Below, piece by piece: positions 1 through 9,103 of a DNA stretch of 64,000 nucleotides (position 1 is its first letter; every line of letters begins with the position of its first letter). A program made the position numbers and the translations under genes. The notes beneath the pieces were generated by a model. That model was not told the DNA's origin. It did not search any database and saw only the letters and a program-made list of their open reading frames with translations. Source of the DNA: Minisyncoccota bacterium (GTDB taxonomy: Bacteria; Patescibacteriota; Minisyncoccia; Phycocordibacterales; DATDWN01); the NCBI GenBank assembly GCA_041658985.1, contig JBAZZC010000003.1, forward strand, positions 10,540 through 74,539, given 5' to 3'.

Positions 1-71
1 GAGAAGTTGAATAGATTCTAGTTTTTAGTTGCTAGGTTTTAGAAAAAATTCTAGAAGCTAAAACCTATAAC

Positions 72-548
72 CTAGCCCCTATTTATTGCGAAATGGGTTA
101 GACCAATGGCAATGGCGTCAAATTCATCGTCACTTTTTGTTTTTGAGGTTATCACAATTAGTTTTCTGACCATATCTATAATTTGTCTTTTTTCACTTCG
201 GCCGTAACCAGTGATAGCAATTTTGACTTCGTTTGGTGTGTATTCAAAAACTTTTAAACCAAGAGAACTTCCTGTGTAGAGAATTACTCCACGGGCCTCT
301 GCCACAAGCATGGCTGTTTTCTGGTTTCCACTAAAAAACAATTTTTCTGTGGCCAGTGCAGTTGGTTTATGTTTTTTTATGACTTCTTTAATTCTATTTC
401 CAATCATAGCCAGTCTCTCGTTGTGTGGGAGTTTACTAGAAGTTTTGAAACATTCAGAAAAAACCAAAATTTCTTTTTGCTTAGCTTCTTTTTCTAGTAT
501 AGCTATTCCAAGTCTTTCGTATCCAGGGTCAATGGAGATAATAATCAT
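72..548 (-). CDS. ruvC: Holliday junction resolvase RuvC
   Basis: IDPG N-terminal motif, E-x-LFF, EYTP..VK..ITGYG and C-terminal DD..DAIAI; in operon with yebC and ruvB. Confidence 0.95.
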   Translation of the reverse strand: MIIISIDPGYERLGIAILEKEAKQKEILVFSECFKTSSKLPHNERLAMIGNRIKEVIKKHKPTALATEKLFFSGNQKTAMLVAEARGVILYTGSSLGLKVFEYTPNEVKIAITGYGRSEKRQIIDMVRKLIVITSKTKSDDEFDAIAIGLTHFAINRG

Positions 549-557
549 GATAATTTC

Positions 558-1005
558 TAATTAACCTAATTATTCTAATTTCTAAATAATAACCAATAAT
601 TAATTAACAATTATTTTACTTTTTTAAATATACTATTAAAAATCAGATTTAATTCTTTTGCCTCAATCCACAACTTAATAGCTTTTTCTCTGCAATCTGG
701 AACGGCAACAGCCACCATTCGTAAGAAATGTTTCGTTTCCCTAGATTCTTTTTTACAGATTCCAATTTTATGTTTAAAGTCTTTACCACTTTCAGCATCA
801 TCCGCTTCACAGTAATTAGCTCCAACACTTGTGCCACATTTTACTAACTGATTTATTATCGGTTTAGTTATTTCATTTTTTATCAAACCAGAACAAAAGA
901 TAATAATATTTTCTCCAAATTTAGCAGTTCTTTCTTCAAGGTCGAATTTGTTATTCATTGGGGTTTATTTAGAAATTAGGTCAATTAGAATAATTAGGTT
1001 AATTA
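558..1005. repeat. 23-bp perfect inverted repeat (558-580 / 983-1005) built of short AATTAG/CTAATT units, enclosing the four-helix-bundle gene
   Basis: TAATTAACCTAATTATTCTAATT and its exact reverse complement read directly. Confidence 0.85.
611..958 (-). CDS. Four helix bundle protein (23S rRNA intervening-sequence protein / Avd-like family)
   Basis: DLEERT..F, QL..CGTSVGANY.EA..AES.KDF.HK..I..KE..ET..FL family signature. Confidence 0.9.
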   Translation of the reverse strand: MNNKFDLEERTAKFGENIIIFCSGLIKNEITKPIINQLVKCGTSVGANYCEADDAESGKDFKHKIGICKKESRETKHFLRMVAVAVPDCREKAIKLWIEAKELNLIFNSIFKKVK

Positions 1006-1015
1006 CCCCCATGCT

Positions 1016-1546
1016 TTACTCCGCATTTGTGTATACCTCCTGCACCTCATCGTTTTCCTCAAGTTCATCTATAAGTTCTCCTAATTTTTCTCCATCTTCA
1101 TCAGAAAGGGGAACTGTTGTTTGGGCTGTCCAACCGCTACCTGGAGTATGTGTGAAGGCCCATGTGGCAGAGCCGATACCAGCAAGTGGGTGGCCGTGTT
1201 TTGTCAGAATGGCTTTTATTTCTTGTGCAGCTTTGTTGTGATTGTCTGTCAAAACATCTATTATCATTGCGCATCCGCCCGGGCCATATGCCTCGTATAC
1301 AATTGACTCCATCGCGACCCCGCCCTCAGAGAACTTCTTGATTGCTCTTTCTATATTGTCTTTTGGTACATTTGCAGCACGAGCCTTTTCAATGGCGGAT
1401 TTTAATCCAGGAGAATTTATATTTCCCATGGCCTTTTTTGCCTCAACAGTAATAAGTTTAACCATCTTTCCGTAGATTTTGGATTTTTGGGCGTCAGTTT
1501 CTCCCTTTTGTCTTTTTATTTTTGACCATTTATTGTGTCCACTCAT
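1016..1546 (-). CDS. yebC: YebC/PmpR family protein (short form)
   Basis: MSGHNKWSKIK, YEAYGPGG.A, TDN.N, DEVQEVYTN. Confidence 0.93.
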   Translation of the reverse strand: MSGHNKWSKIKRQKGETDAQKSKIYGKMVKLITVEAKKAMGNINSPGLKSAIEKARAANVPKDNIERAIKKFSEGGVAMESIVYEAYGPGGCAMIIDVLTDNHNKAAQEIKAILTKHGHPLAGIGSATWAFTHTPGSGWTAQTTVPLSDEDGEKLGELIDELEENDEVQEVYTNAE

Positions 1547-1554
1547 ATTGGTTT

Positions 1555-2607
1555 TTATAGTAAAGTGCCTCTATTTGGTGGTGTAAGTCCCAAGTGCTCA
1601 TAACCAGATACTGCTACCGTTCGTCCTCGCGGTGTTCTTTCAAGGAAGCCGAGTTGTATTAAATATGGCTCGTTGAATTCCTCAATTGTTGCTTGCTCTT
1701 CCGACATGGCGGCGGCCAAAGTATTGAGCCCAACTGGCCCACCGGCAAATTTATTTATTATGGTGTGTAAAATATCTCTGTCGGCGGGAGAGAGCCCAAC
1801 TTCATCAATACCGAGAAGTTTCAAAGTTTCGTCAACAGATTTTTTTGTTAGTTTTGTCTTGTGGACTTGGGCAAAGTCTCGACAGCGTTTCAAAAAGTAA
1901 TTGGCTGTTCTTGGGGTGTATCTACTTCTTTTGGCAATTTCAATCCCAGCTTCTTTTTCCAAGTCAATACCTAAAATTTTTGCCGACCTTACTAAGATTT
2001 TTTGAATCTCTTCATTTGTGTAGAATTCTAGTTTAAATATTCCTCCGGAGAAGCGTGAGCGGAGAGGGGAGGAAATCATGGCAATTCTTGTTGTTGCGCC
2101 GATTAAAGTAAATGGTGGGAGTTCTAGCTGTATAGTACGAGCTGAAGGCCCTTTGCCAATAATAATGTCTAGTGACCCTGATTCCATAGCGGGGTAAAGG
2201 ATTTCCTCAATAGTTTTGTTTAGTCGGTGTATTTCATCTATAAACAAAATATCTCCTGGCGAGAGGTTGGTCAGTATTGAAGCAAGGTCCCCGATTTTTT
2301 CTATAGCTGGACCGGAAGTCACTTTCATCTGAGCGTTTATTTCTTTTGAAACAAGGTGGGCGAGGGTTGTCTTGCCTAATCCCGGTGGACCGTAAAAAAG
2401 AATGTGTTCTGGTGGGTGGTTTCTCTCTTTAGCTGCGGTAAGTAGGATATGGAGGTTGTTTTTTATGCTTGTTTGACCAACATAATCGTCCCATTTTGAT
2501 GGACGAAGGGTTGTATCAAGAAAAAGATTTTCTTTGTCTCCAATAATATCCAAATTCTCACCTTTTTTGGCCTTGTTTTTTGGTGTTGTTTTCTTGTTGC
2601 CAAGCAT
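1555..2607 (-). CDS. ruvB: Holliday junction branch migration helicase RuvB
   Basis: LRP..WDDYVGQ, GPPGLGKTT, FIDEIHRL, RTPRGR. Confidence 0.97.
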   Translation of the reverse strand: MLGNKKTTPKNKAKKGENLDIIGDKENLFLDTTLRPSKWDDYVGQTSIKNNLHILLTAAKERNHPPEHILFYGPPGLGKTTLAHLVSKEINAQMKVTSGPAIEKIGDLASILTNLSPGDILFIDEIHRLNKTIEEILYPAMESGSLDIIIGKGPSARTIQLELPPFTLIGATTRIAMISSPLRSRFSGGIFKLEFYTNEEIQKILVRSAKILGIDLEKEAGIEIAKRSRYTPRTANYFLKRCRDFAQVHKTKLTKKSVDETLKLLGIDEVGLSPADRDILHTIINKFAGGPVGLNTLAAAMSEEQATIEEFNEPYLIQLGFLERTPRGRTVAVSGYEHLGLTPPNRGTLL

Positions 2608-2698
2608 ATACCTATATTATATACTATTGTCTACCTCCGCCAGCACCAAAATTGAGTCTTGACACGAAAAGTTTTTTATGCTAGACTGTCCGTGACAT

Positions 2699-2834
2699 AT
2701 CCGCACACCAACTTTAGTATTGTGTCTTATCGTTGCGGGTATGGTAATTATACTATGTAGTGGTGGGGATAAAAACACTGAGAAGTATACTTATATTAGA
2801 CACGGAGCAACGATACTAAAGTTGGTGTGCGGAT
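2699..2834. mobile_element. Family-1 TIR element, copy 1 (136 bp)
   Basis: Perfect 22-bp TIR ATCCGCACACCAACTTTAGTAT (2699-2720 / 2813-2834); inner GTGTCT..ATCGTTGC / AGACAC..GCAACGAT. Confidence 0.85.
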
Positions 2835-2889
2835 GAATTTGAAAAAAAAGATTACATTAAAAGGTTTTGAGGTTTTTTGGTTCCAAAAT

Positions 2890-3036
2890 ATAAATCTCTA
2901 AGCAACTAAGCGTTTACGTTTACGAGTCTTTCTACGAGGACATTCTGGGTATTACTTTATGTAATATTCTGGAATTATCCTTTGTGAAAAACTTAGCTTT
3001 TGGTTTGATTATTGAAAGTGTTGCTTAGAGATTTAT
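2890..3036. repeat. Long intergenic fold-back element with 17-bp terminal inverted repeat
   Basis: ATAAATCTCTAAGCAAC (2890-2906) / GTTGCTTAGAGATTTAT (3020-3036), with imperfect inner stems. Confidence 0.7.
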
Positions 3037-3147
3037 GTCTTGGAACTATCGTCCCGCCGACTGGCGGCTTTTTTGTTCCCAAAGATTATCTCTATTTACT
3101 AGTATAGATATGAAACAATTTTCTGCAAGAGTTTTTAGTATTAGAGC

Positions 3148-4824
3148 CTATTCGGTTTCAATGTCAACCACTCTTTGCAATTCTTCCAAAGTAGTTATCC
3201 CTTGCAAAACTTTTAATATACCGTCTTGTCTTAAGTTCAAAATGTTTTGGGGTTTGGCGGCTTTTTCTATTTCTCTTTCACTTGGGTTATCCTTAACTAC
3301 ATTTTCAATATTTTCGTCCATGGTGATGGCCTCGTAGATTCCTATTCTACTTTTGTATCCAAGCATATTACATTTGTCACATCCGACTGCTTGCCAGATA
3401 TGTGTTTGGTCAATTCCATCTAAGTATGTTTTGTCAGTTATCGTATCTAAAATCTTATCTATGGTTACTTTACTCTCTCCATTAAGTGAAATCTGTTTTT
3501 TACATTCTGGGCAAAGTACTCTGACCAACCGCTGGGCTATTGCAAGATTTAAGGCAGAAGAAATAATTTTTGGATTAACTCCGAGGTCAATTAGGCGAGG
3601 GAATGTTCCTGCTGCCGTGTTGGTGTGAAGGGTAGAGAAGACAAGGTGACCCGTCAGGGCCGAGTTGATGGCAATCTCTGCTGTTTCTCCGTCTCTAATC
3701 TCACCAACCATAATAATATCGGGGTCCTGGCGAAGGGCACTTCGCAGACCTTCAGCAAATCCGTAATTCTTTTTTTCGTCTGTTTGGGTTTGAACTATTC
3801 CTGGCAGATGATACTCAATCGGATTTTCTATGGTGATTATTTTTATTTCTGGAGTGTGAACTTTTCTTAGAAATGCGTACAGTGCGGTAGTTTTACCAGA
3901 GCCGGTTGGACCAGTATTCAAAATCATGCCGTTTGGCTTACTCATCTCATGGAGAATAATTTTTAACAGACGTGGATGAATTCCTAAACTCTCAAGCGGG
4001 ACAGAAATAGAATTTGGATTAAGAACTCGAAGCACCACTGATTCGCTGTATGCTCCTGGCAGAAGGGAGGTTCTGATTTCAATTTCACCTTCGTTTATTT
4101 TTATACTAAAACGACCGTCCTGTGCGCCATAAACATTTAATTTTAAGTTAGAAATTAGTTTGATACGGGAGAGGAGTAATTTATATGTTTCTAAATCAAA
4201 ACGTAAAATATCAGTGAGCATACCGTCGAGTCTGTATCTTAACCTGACATAGTCTTCCTCTGCTTCTAGGTGGACATCAGAGGCGTTGGTAGCGATTGCT
4301 CCGGCTAAAATGATTTCCATTATTCTGGAGATACGGTAACTTTTTTTCATTTGCAAAACTTCCTCAATCAGACTTTGAACATCGGGTATAGTGTGAACTT
4401 TGGCTAAAAAGTCTGTGATTTGTTCGTTGGAAATATCCAAAGCCCCTGACTTTGTTTCAAATGAATATGATAAATCTTTATATCTGTCCCAGACTTTATT
4501 CAAACTGGCGTGGGAAACCATAAAAAGTTCTATGGTGTAACCTTTGGCTTTCAAGGCATTTAAGGCTTCTACTGTTTTAGGGTTTTCGGGAGATAGAGCT
4601 CCAATACTTAGAACTTTATCAACTTCATTGAACACGGCGATTTGGGCTTCGCGTGTTTCCACCTCCCCGATAACCCGAAGGGCGTCTATGTTTATTGGGG
4701 TAATAGTTAAATCAAGATAAGAGACCCCGTACTTTGACGACAGTATTTGAGCAAGCTCTTCTTCCTCTTGTCTGCGGAGGTCGTCCACTCGTTTATTTTG
4801 TTTGTCTTCATCAAAGATAACCAT
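3148..4824 (-). CDS. pilB: Type IV pilus / T2SS assembly ATPase (PilB/GspE family)
   Basis: ASDVHLE, TGPTGSGKTT, LRQDPDIIMVGEIRD, TGHLVFSTLHTN, CxxC pairs. Confidence 0.92.
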   Translation of the reverse strand: MVIFDEDKQNKRVDDLRRQEEEELAQILSSKYGVSYLDLTITPINIDALRVIGEVETREAQIAVFNEVDKVLSIGALSPENPKTVEALNALKAKGYTIELFMVSHASLNKVWDRYKDLSYSFETKSGALDISNEQITDFLAKVHTIPDVQSLIEEVLQMKKSYRISRIMEIILAGAIATNASDVHLEAEEDYVRLRYRLDGMLTDILRFDLETYKLLLSRIKLISNLKLNVYGAQDGRFSIKINEGEIEIRTSLLPGAYSESVVLRVLNPNSISVPLESLGIHPRLLKIILHEMSKPNGMILNTGPTGSGKTTALYAFLRKVHTPEIKIITIENPIEYHLPGIVQTQTDEKKNYGFAEGLRSALRQDPDIIMVGEIRDGETAEIAINSALTGHLVFSTLHTNTAAGTFPRLIDLGVNPKIISSALNLAIAQRLVRVLCPECKKQISLNGESKVTIDKILDTITDKTYLDGIDQTHIWQAVGCDKCNMLGYKSRIGIYEAITMDENIENVVKDNPSEREIEKAAKPQNILNLRQDGILKVLQGITTLEELQRVVDIETE

Positions 4825-4859
4825 GTAAATATAATAACATTTCTTTTCAAGACACGCAC

Positions 4860-4993
4860 AAAATCAAGAGTTTCTTTTTCATTGTATCTCTCAGAGAGAC
4901 ACGCATAAATTTCTGCTGAAATTTTGCTTGAGTTCGGCTCGACAGCCTCACTAGTCTCTCTTCAAGACACAACTCAACAAAACTCTTGATTTT
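4860..4993. repeat. Family-4 structured repeat, copy 1 (inverted homolog of 60462-60583)
   Basis: Shares GAGACACGCATAAATTT...AATTTTGCTTGAGTTC...CTCACTAGTCTCTCTTC..ACACAACTCAAC with the reverse complement of 60462-60583; 14-bp closing inverted repeat. Confidence 0.85.
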
Positions 4994-5069
4994 TAGCACC
5001 ATTAACTTATTTGACAGAAGTGATAAAAGGGTGTATAATGTGGGATAGAGGCATGGAGGTGCCTGCGGT

Positions 5070-5729
5070 ATGAAAACATTGAGATTGCTCATGGTGTTAG
5101 CGGTCGTCGTTTCGGTGGCGGCCTGCGCCGGCAAGGTGGCTCCGGCCACCATTCCGCTCAGTGAGCGGATCGCCGAACTCAAGGCCCAGGAGGCCGAGAG
5201 GTTGGCGAACGAGACCCCCGAGGACCGGGCCATCAGGGCTCGCGCCGAGGAAATCGAGCGCGAGATGGCGACGAAGAAGGCCCGCGAGGAGGCCAAGAGG
5301 AGTGGCTCGCCGGCCATGCGCAAGGCCATTAAGGAGTTTGAGAAGGCCAAGAAGGCCATCACGAACTCCGGCCTTCAGGGGTGCGACCCGAGTACGGTCG
5401 ACGTCCACCCGGATGTGGCGCCGCGTCGGAACGCTAGTTCAACCGTGAAGGTTCAGGCGTTCAATCAGGGGCAGGTCCCCGTTGATATCTATGAGCCAAA
5501 ACACGGGCTAGTCGTTCGCAACCTGTGCCCCGGAGGGTCACTGACCCTCTTCCGGGCACGTCGGCTCGGGATTGACCCGGACTACATCCAGTTTCGGTAT
5601 GTCGCCAAGGCGATATTGTCGGACGGGCGGATGCTGACGGCTGAGTCACAGCAATACCAACTATCCAAGTACGACTGGTCGTCCGGTCGAGGGCGACAGG
5701 AGTACGACTGGTACATCGAGGTTCGATGA
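5070..5729 (+). CDS. Hypothetical lipoprotein, GC-rich
   Basis: Signal peptide with lipobox VAAC; TTGACA-17-TATAAT promoter (5011-5039), GGAGG SD, downstream hairpin plus T-run. Confidence 0.8.
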   Translation: MKTLRLLMVLAVVVSVAACAGKVAPATIPLSERIAELKAQEAERLANETPEDRAIRARAEEIEREMATKKAREEAKRSGSPAMRKAIKEFEKAKKAITNSGLQGCDPSTVDVHPDVAPRRNASSTVKVQAFNQGQVPVDIYEPKHGLVVRNLCPGGSLTLFRARRLGIDPDYIQFRYVAKAILSDGRMLTAESQQYQLSKYDWSSGRGRQEYDWYIEVR

Positions 5730-5765
5730 GGTAGTCCACGCAACGTGCTGGCACCTCTGCACAAC

Positions 5766-5809
5766 TGCCGGGAGGAGGGGTTCACACCCATCCTCCCAGG
5801 CGGTTTTTT
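5766..5809 (+). terminator. Probable intrinsic terminator
   Basis: GGGAGGA...TCCTCCC stem followed by GCGGTTTTTT. Confidence 0.65.
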
Positions 5810-5927
5810 CATCCAGGCACCAACTAAACGAGTTGAGCTCGTTTTTTCAATTTTTATTTTTGTTATTCGATGAACAGAATTGGCTAGAAGTAATACCGTG
5901 ATCTCGTTTAGTTGGTGCCTGGATGAA
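5808..5927. mobile_element. Family-1-like variant TIR element (120 bp)
   Basis: Perfect 25-bp TIR TTCATCCAGGCACCAACTAAACGAG (5808-5832 / 5903-5927). Confidence 0.8.
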
Positions 5928-5932
5928 TATAA

Positions 5933-6066
5933 ATCCGCACACTAATTTTGCCATCGTTCTATTTTTTAAAACAAAACCAATACCATTTTTATTTTCTTAC
6001 TCAACTTCACACAAGTTAATATATTTGATTTAGAACTAAAAATAATGGCAAATTTAGTGTGCGGAT
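5933..6066. mobile_element. Family-1 TIR element, copy 2 (134 bp)
   Basis: 22-bp TIR with 1 mismatch (5933-5954 / 6045-6066); inner GTTCTA..TTTTT / TAGAAC..AAAAATA. Confidence 0.85.
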
Positions 6067-6088
6067 AAAATTATGCTAATATGTCTTT

Positions 6089-6523
6089 ATGAAATTTGTT
6101 TCAGAAAATTTAGAACAAACCCAAAAAATCGCAAATGATTTTGTCTCTACACTTTTATCAAATCCTGATAGGGCGACGGTTGTTGGTTTATACGGAAATC
6201 TTGGTGCAGGAAAAACCACATTTACTCAGTGTATAGCCAAAGCTTTTGGTGTGATTGATACAGTAACAAGTCCGACTTTTGTCCTGGAAAAGATTTATGA
6301 ACTAACCGACCAAAAGTTTACCCACTTAATTCATATAGATGCATATAGAATAGAAAAATCCAGTGAGCTTTTACATCTTGGTTGGAATGACTTAATTTCT
6401 GACCCAAACAACATAGTTCTTATTGAATGGCCAGAGAGGGTAGCGGACATTATGCCAGAGCATATAAAAATAAATCTTAGTCATATAACAGAAAATAGTC
6501 GGGAAATTGAGATTTTGGAATAA
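6089..6523 (+). CDS. tsaE: tRNA threonylcarbamoyladenosine biosynthesis ATPase TsaE
   Basis: GNLGAGKTTF, VTSPTF, HIDAYR, LIEWPE. Confidence 0.96.
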   Translation: MKFVSENLEQTQKIANDFVSTLLSNPDRATVVGLYGNLGAGKTTFTQCIAKAFGVIDTVTSPTFVLEKIYELTDQKFTHLIHIDAYRIEKSSELLHLGWNDLISDPNNIVLIEWPERVADIMPEHIKINLSHITENSREIEILE

Positions 6524-6534
6524 TGGTATAATTC

Positions 6535-6669
6535 ATCCGCACACTAAATTTGGCATTATCTCATAGTTGCTATACATGTGGTTATGTCAAATTTAATAAT
6601 CATGTTTAAATATAAGTATGCATCTAGAATTTGAGATAATAGCAACGATGCCAAAATTAGTGTGCGGAT
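6535..6669. mobile_element. Family-1 TIR element, copy 3 (135 bp)
   Basis: 22-bp TIR with 1 mismatch; inner TTATCTCA..GTTGCTA / TGAGATAA-TAGCAAC; ends 3 nt before polA ATG. Confidence 0.87.
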
Positions 6670-6672
6670 AAA

Positions 6673-9024
6673 ATGGCCAAACCTAAAAGCAAAAAAACAC
6701 TGGTACTTCTTGATGTGCATGCTATTTTGCATCGTGCCTATCACGCCCTTCCGGAGTTTGAATCAAGTAAAGGTGAGCCGACGGGAGCTCTTTATGGGCT
6801 TTGCACCATGCTTATCAAGCTGGTAAAAGATTTTAATCCAGACTACATTATTGCTTGTTATGATTTGCCAGAGCCGACCTTACGACACGAAGCATATGGA
6901 GAATATAAGGCTGGTCGTAAAAAAGCTGACGATAATTTAGTAAAGCAGTTGGAGAGGTCAAAGGACGTTTTCAAGGCCATGAATGTGCCGATGTATTCGT
7001 CCCCAGGATTTGAGGCAGACGATATGCTTGGCACCATTGTTGAGAGCTTAAAAAATAACAAAGATATAGATATTGTTATTGCTTCTGGAGATATGGACAC
7101 CATGCAACTTATAAATGGTGATAGGGTGCGGGTTTACACTTTAAAGAAGGGAATAAAGGACACCATTATTTATAACGAGAAAGCAGTGATGGAAAGATGG
7201 GGCTTTGCTCCAAAACTTTTAACCGACTACAAGGGGTTGAGGGGCGACCCGTCGGATAACATAATTGGTATTGTGGGTATTGGGGAAAAAACAGCAGAAG
7301 AATTAATTCAAAAATTTGGTTCGATAGAAAATATATATAAAGAAATTAAAAATCCAAAATCTAAAATTCACAAAGAAGTTAGACCGAGGGTTTTAGAACT
7401 ACTTAAAACGGGAGAGGAAGAAGCTTTGTTTAGCAAAATGCTGGCTACCATTCGAATTGATGCACCGATTTATTTTACAATGCCCACAAAAATTTGGCGG
7501 GATGATATAGATATGAAAAAAGTTCAAGATTTGTTTTCACAATTTGAATTTAGAATGCTGGGGCAGAAATTTGCCGAGAGTCTATCTCTGGACATGCCAG
7601 AAAGAGCAGAAATAATGGCTAATCCTAAGGACGTATTTGAAGTTGGACTATTGCTCTGGGTAGTGGATTCAAACAAAACAAATTCTACGTTAGATGATAT
7701 TTTGTCGTATACCAGAAGCGACAATCTATCTGATGCTCGGAAGGTTTTGGAGAAGACAATAAAAGACCAAGACCTATCTTTTGTTGTAGAAAAAATAGAA
7801 AAGCCACTTATGCCAATTGTTGAGACAATGAAAGAGGTTGGTATAAAAATAGACACCGAAAGACTAAAAATTTTATCAAAGAAATACCACACAGAATTAT
7901 CGTCACTTGAGAAAAAAATATGGAAAATTGTCGGTGAGGAATTTAATATTAATTCACCAAAACAATTAGGTGAGATGCTTTTTGTTAAAATGGGGCTTAA
8001 AGTAAAAAACCAAAAGAAAACAGCTAGTGGTGGATTTTCTACAAAGGAATCAGAGTTGGAAAAATTAAAGGAAGAGTATCCGATTGCTGGATTAATCCTG
8101 GAGTATCGTAAATTAGCAAAACTTCTTGGCACTTATATAGATACCATGCCAACCCAAGTAGATAAAGGTGATAGGTTACATGCTAATTTTTTACAAGCTG
8201 GGACAACCACTGGCAGAATGGCAAGTCAGGACCCGAATTTGCAAAACATTCCAAATAAAACAGAGCTTGGTCGAGAAATTCGTAAATCGTTTATTGCCGA
8301 AAAAGGCTGGAAACTTATTTCGTTTGATTATTCCCAGATAGAGCTTCGTATTGCTGCTTTCTTGTCGGGGGATAAGAAACTAATTGAGATTTTTAAAACA
8401 GGCCAGGATGTCCACACTGCTGTGGCTTGCGAAGTTTTCGGAGTCAAACCAGAAGAGGTAACAAAGGAGATGAGAATAAAAGCAAAAACCATAAATTTTG
8501 GTGTGATGTATGGAATGGGTGTAACTGCTCTACAGAAAAATATTAAAACAAACAGAGAGGAGGCCCAGGAATTTTTGAATGGATATTTTAATAAATTTTC
8601 TGGACTAGCTGAATATCTAGAAAAAGTAAAAAGGGAAACGGCCCAAAAGGGCTTTACCTCGACATTTTTTGGTCGCAGGAGATATTTTCCTGAAATCAAT
8701 TCCAGACTACCTTTTATGAAGGCCCAAGCAGAAAGAATGGCAGTCAATGCGCCGATACAGGGGACAGAGGCAGACATAATCAAAATGGCTATGATAGAAA
8801 TTGATAGATTTATAAAAAGTAAGAATTTAGAAAAGAACGTCCAATTGCTTTTGCAGGTTCATGATGAGTTGGTATACGAAGCAAAAGAAAATATAGTTAA
8901 TTCAATAACTCCAGAAATAAAAGTAATAATGGAAAATATAATTGACCCAAAAAAAATACACGGAATAGTTTGTGTAGCGAATAGCTCCTTTGGAGACAAT
9001 TGGGCAGAAATGATATCAGTATAA
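6673..9024 (+). CDS. polA: DNA polymerase I (5'-3' exonuclease plus polymerase; proofreading region reduced)
   Basis: EADD, SGD.D, GDPSDNI.G..GIGEKTA, DYSQIELR, QVHDEL. Confidence 0.97.
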   Translation: MAKPKSKKTLVLLDVHAILHRAYHALPEFESSKGEPTGALYGLCTMLIKLVKDFNPDYIIACYDLPEPTLRHEAYGEYKAGRKKADDNLVKQLERSKDVFKAMNVPMYSSPGFEADDMLGTIVESLKNNKDIDIVIASGDMDTMQLINGDRVRVYTLKKGIKDTIIYNEKAVMERWGFAPKLLTDYKGLRGDPSDNIIGIVGIGEKTAEELIQKFGSIENIYKEIKNPKSKIHKEVRPRVLELLKTGEEEALFSKMLATIRIDAPIYFTMPTKIWRDDIDMKKVQDLFSQFEFRMLGQKFAESLSLDMPERAEIMANPKDVFEVGLLLWVVDSNKTNSTLDDILSYTRSDNLSDARKVLEKTIKDQDLSFVVEKIEKPLMPIVETMKEVGIKIDTERLKILSKKYHTELSSLEKKIWKIVGEEFNINSPKQLGEMLFVKMGLKVKNQKKTASGGFSTKESELEKLKEEYPIAGLILEYRKLAKLLGTYIDTMPTQVDKGDRLHANFLQAGTTTGRMASQDPNLQNIPNKTELGREIRKSFIAEKGWKLISFDYSQIELRIAAFLSGDKKLIEIFKTGQDVHTAVACEVFGVKPEEVTKEMRIKAKTINFGVMYGMGVTALQKNIKTNREEAQEFLNGYFNKFSGLAEYLEKVKRETAQKGFTSTFFGRRRYFPEINSRLPFMKAQAERMAVNAPIQGTEADIIKMAMIEIDRFIKSKNLEKNVQLLLQVHDELVYEAKENIVNSITPEIKVIMENIIDPKKIHGIVCVANSSFGDNWAEMISV

Positions 9025-9100
9025 TGTATAACGTATTATGTATAAAACACTGACCCAGATTCCATACGTTATACTTTATACATAATACTTTATACATACT
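9019..9100. repeat. Inverted arrays of short (about 7-nt) low-complexity repeats
   Basis: GTATAAT-like units followed by ATACTTT/ATACATA-like complementary units. Confidence 0.65.
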
Positions 9101-9103
9101 CAT

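Noticed and set aside
611-958. Diversity-generating retroelement (Avd-like gene)
   Set aside because: No reverse transcriptase and no TR/VR pair with adenine-specific mismatches is visible.
1016-1546. Short YebC (also short RecO, HolA, PolA, MetG) as pseudogenes
   Set aside because: Frames are intact with conserved motifs; better explained as streamlined forms.
4847-5812. Antisense and alternate-frame ORFs over the GC-rich lipoprotein gene
   Set aside because: Shadow ORFs from high GC; the + strand frame has promoter, SD, lipobox and terminator.
6058-6080. TGTGCGGATAA as a XerC dif arm or TTATCCGCA as a DnaA box
   Set aside because: No XerD arm at 6-bp spacing; the DnaA-box match has a mismatch and depends on variable flanking bases.
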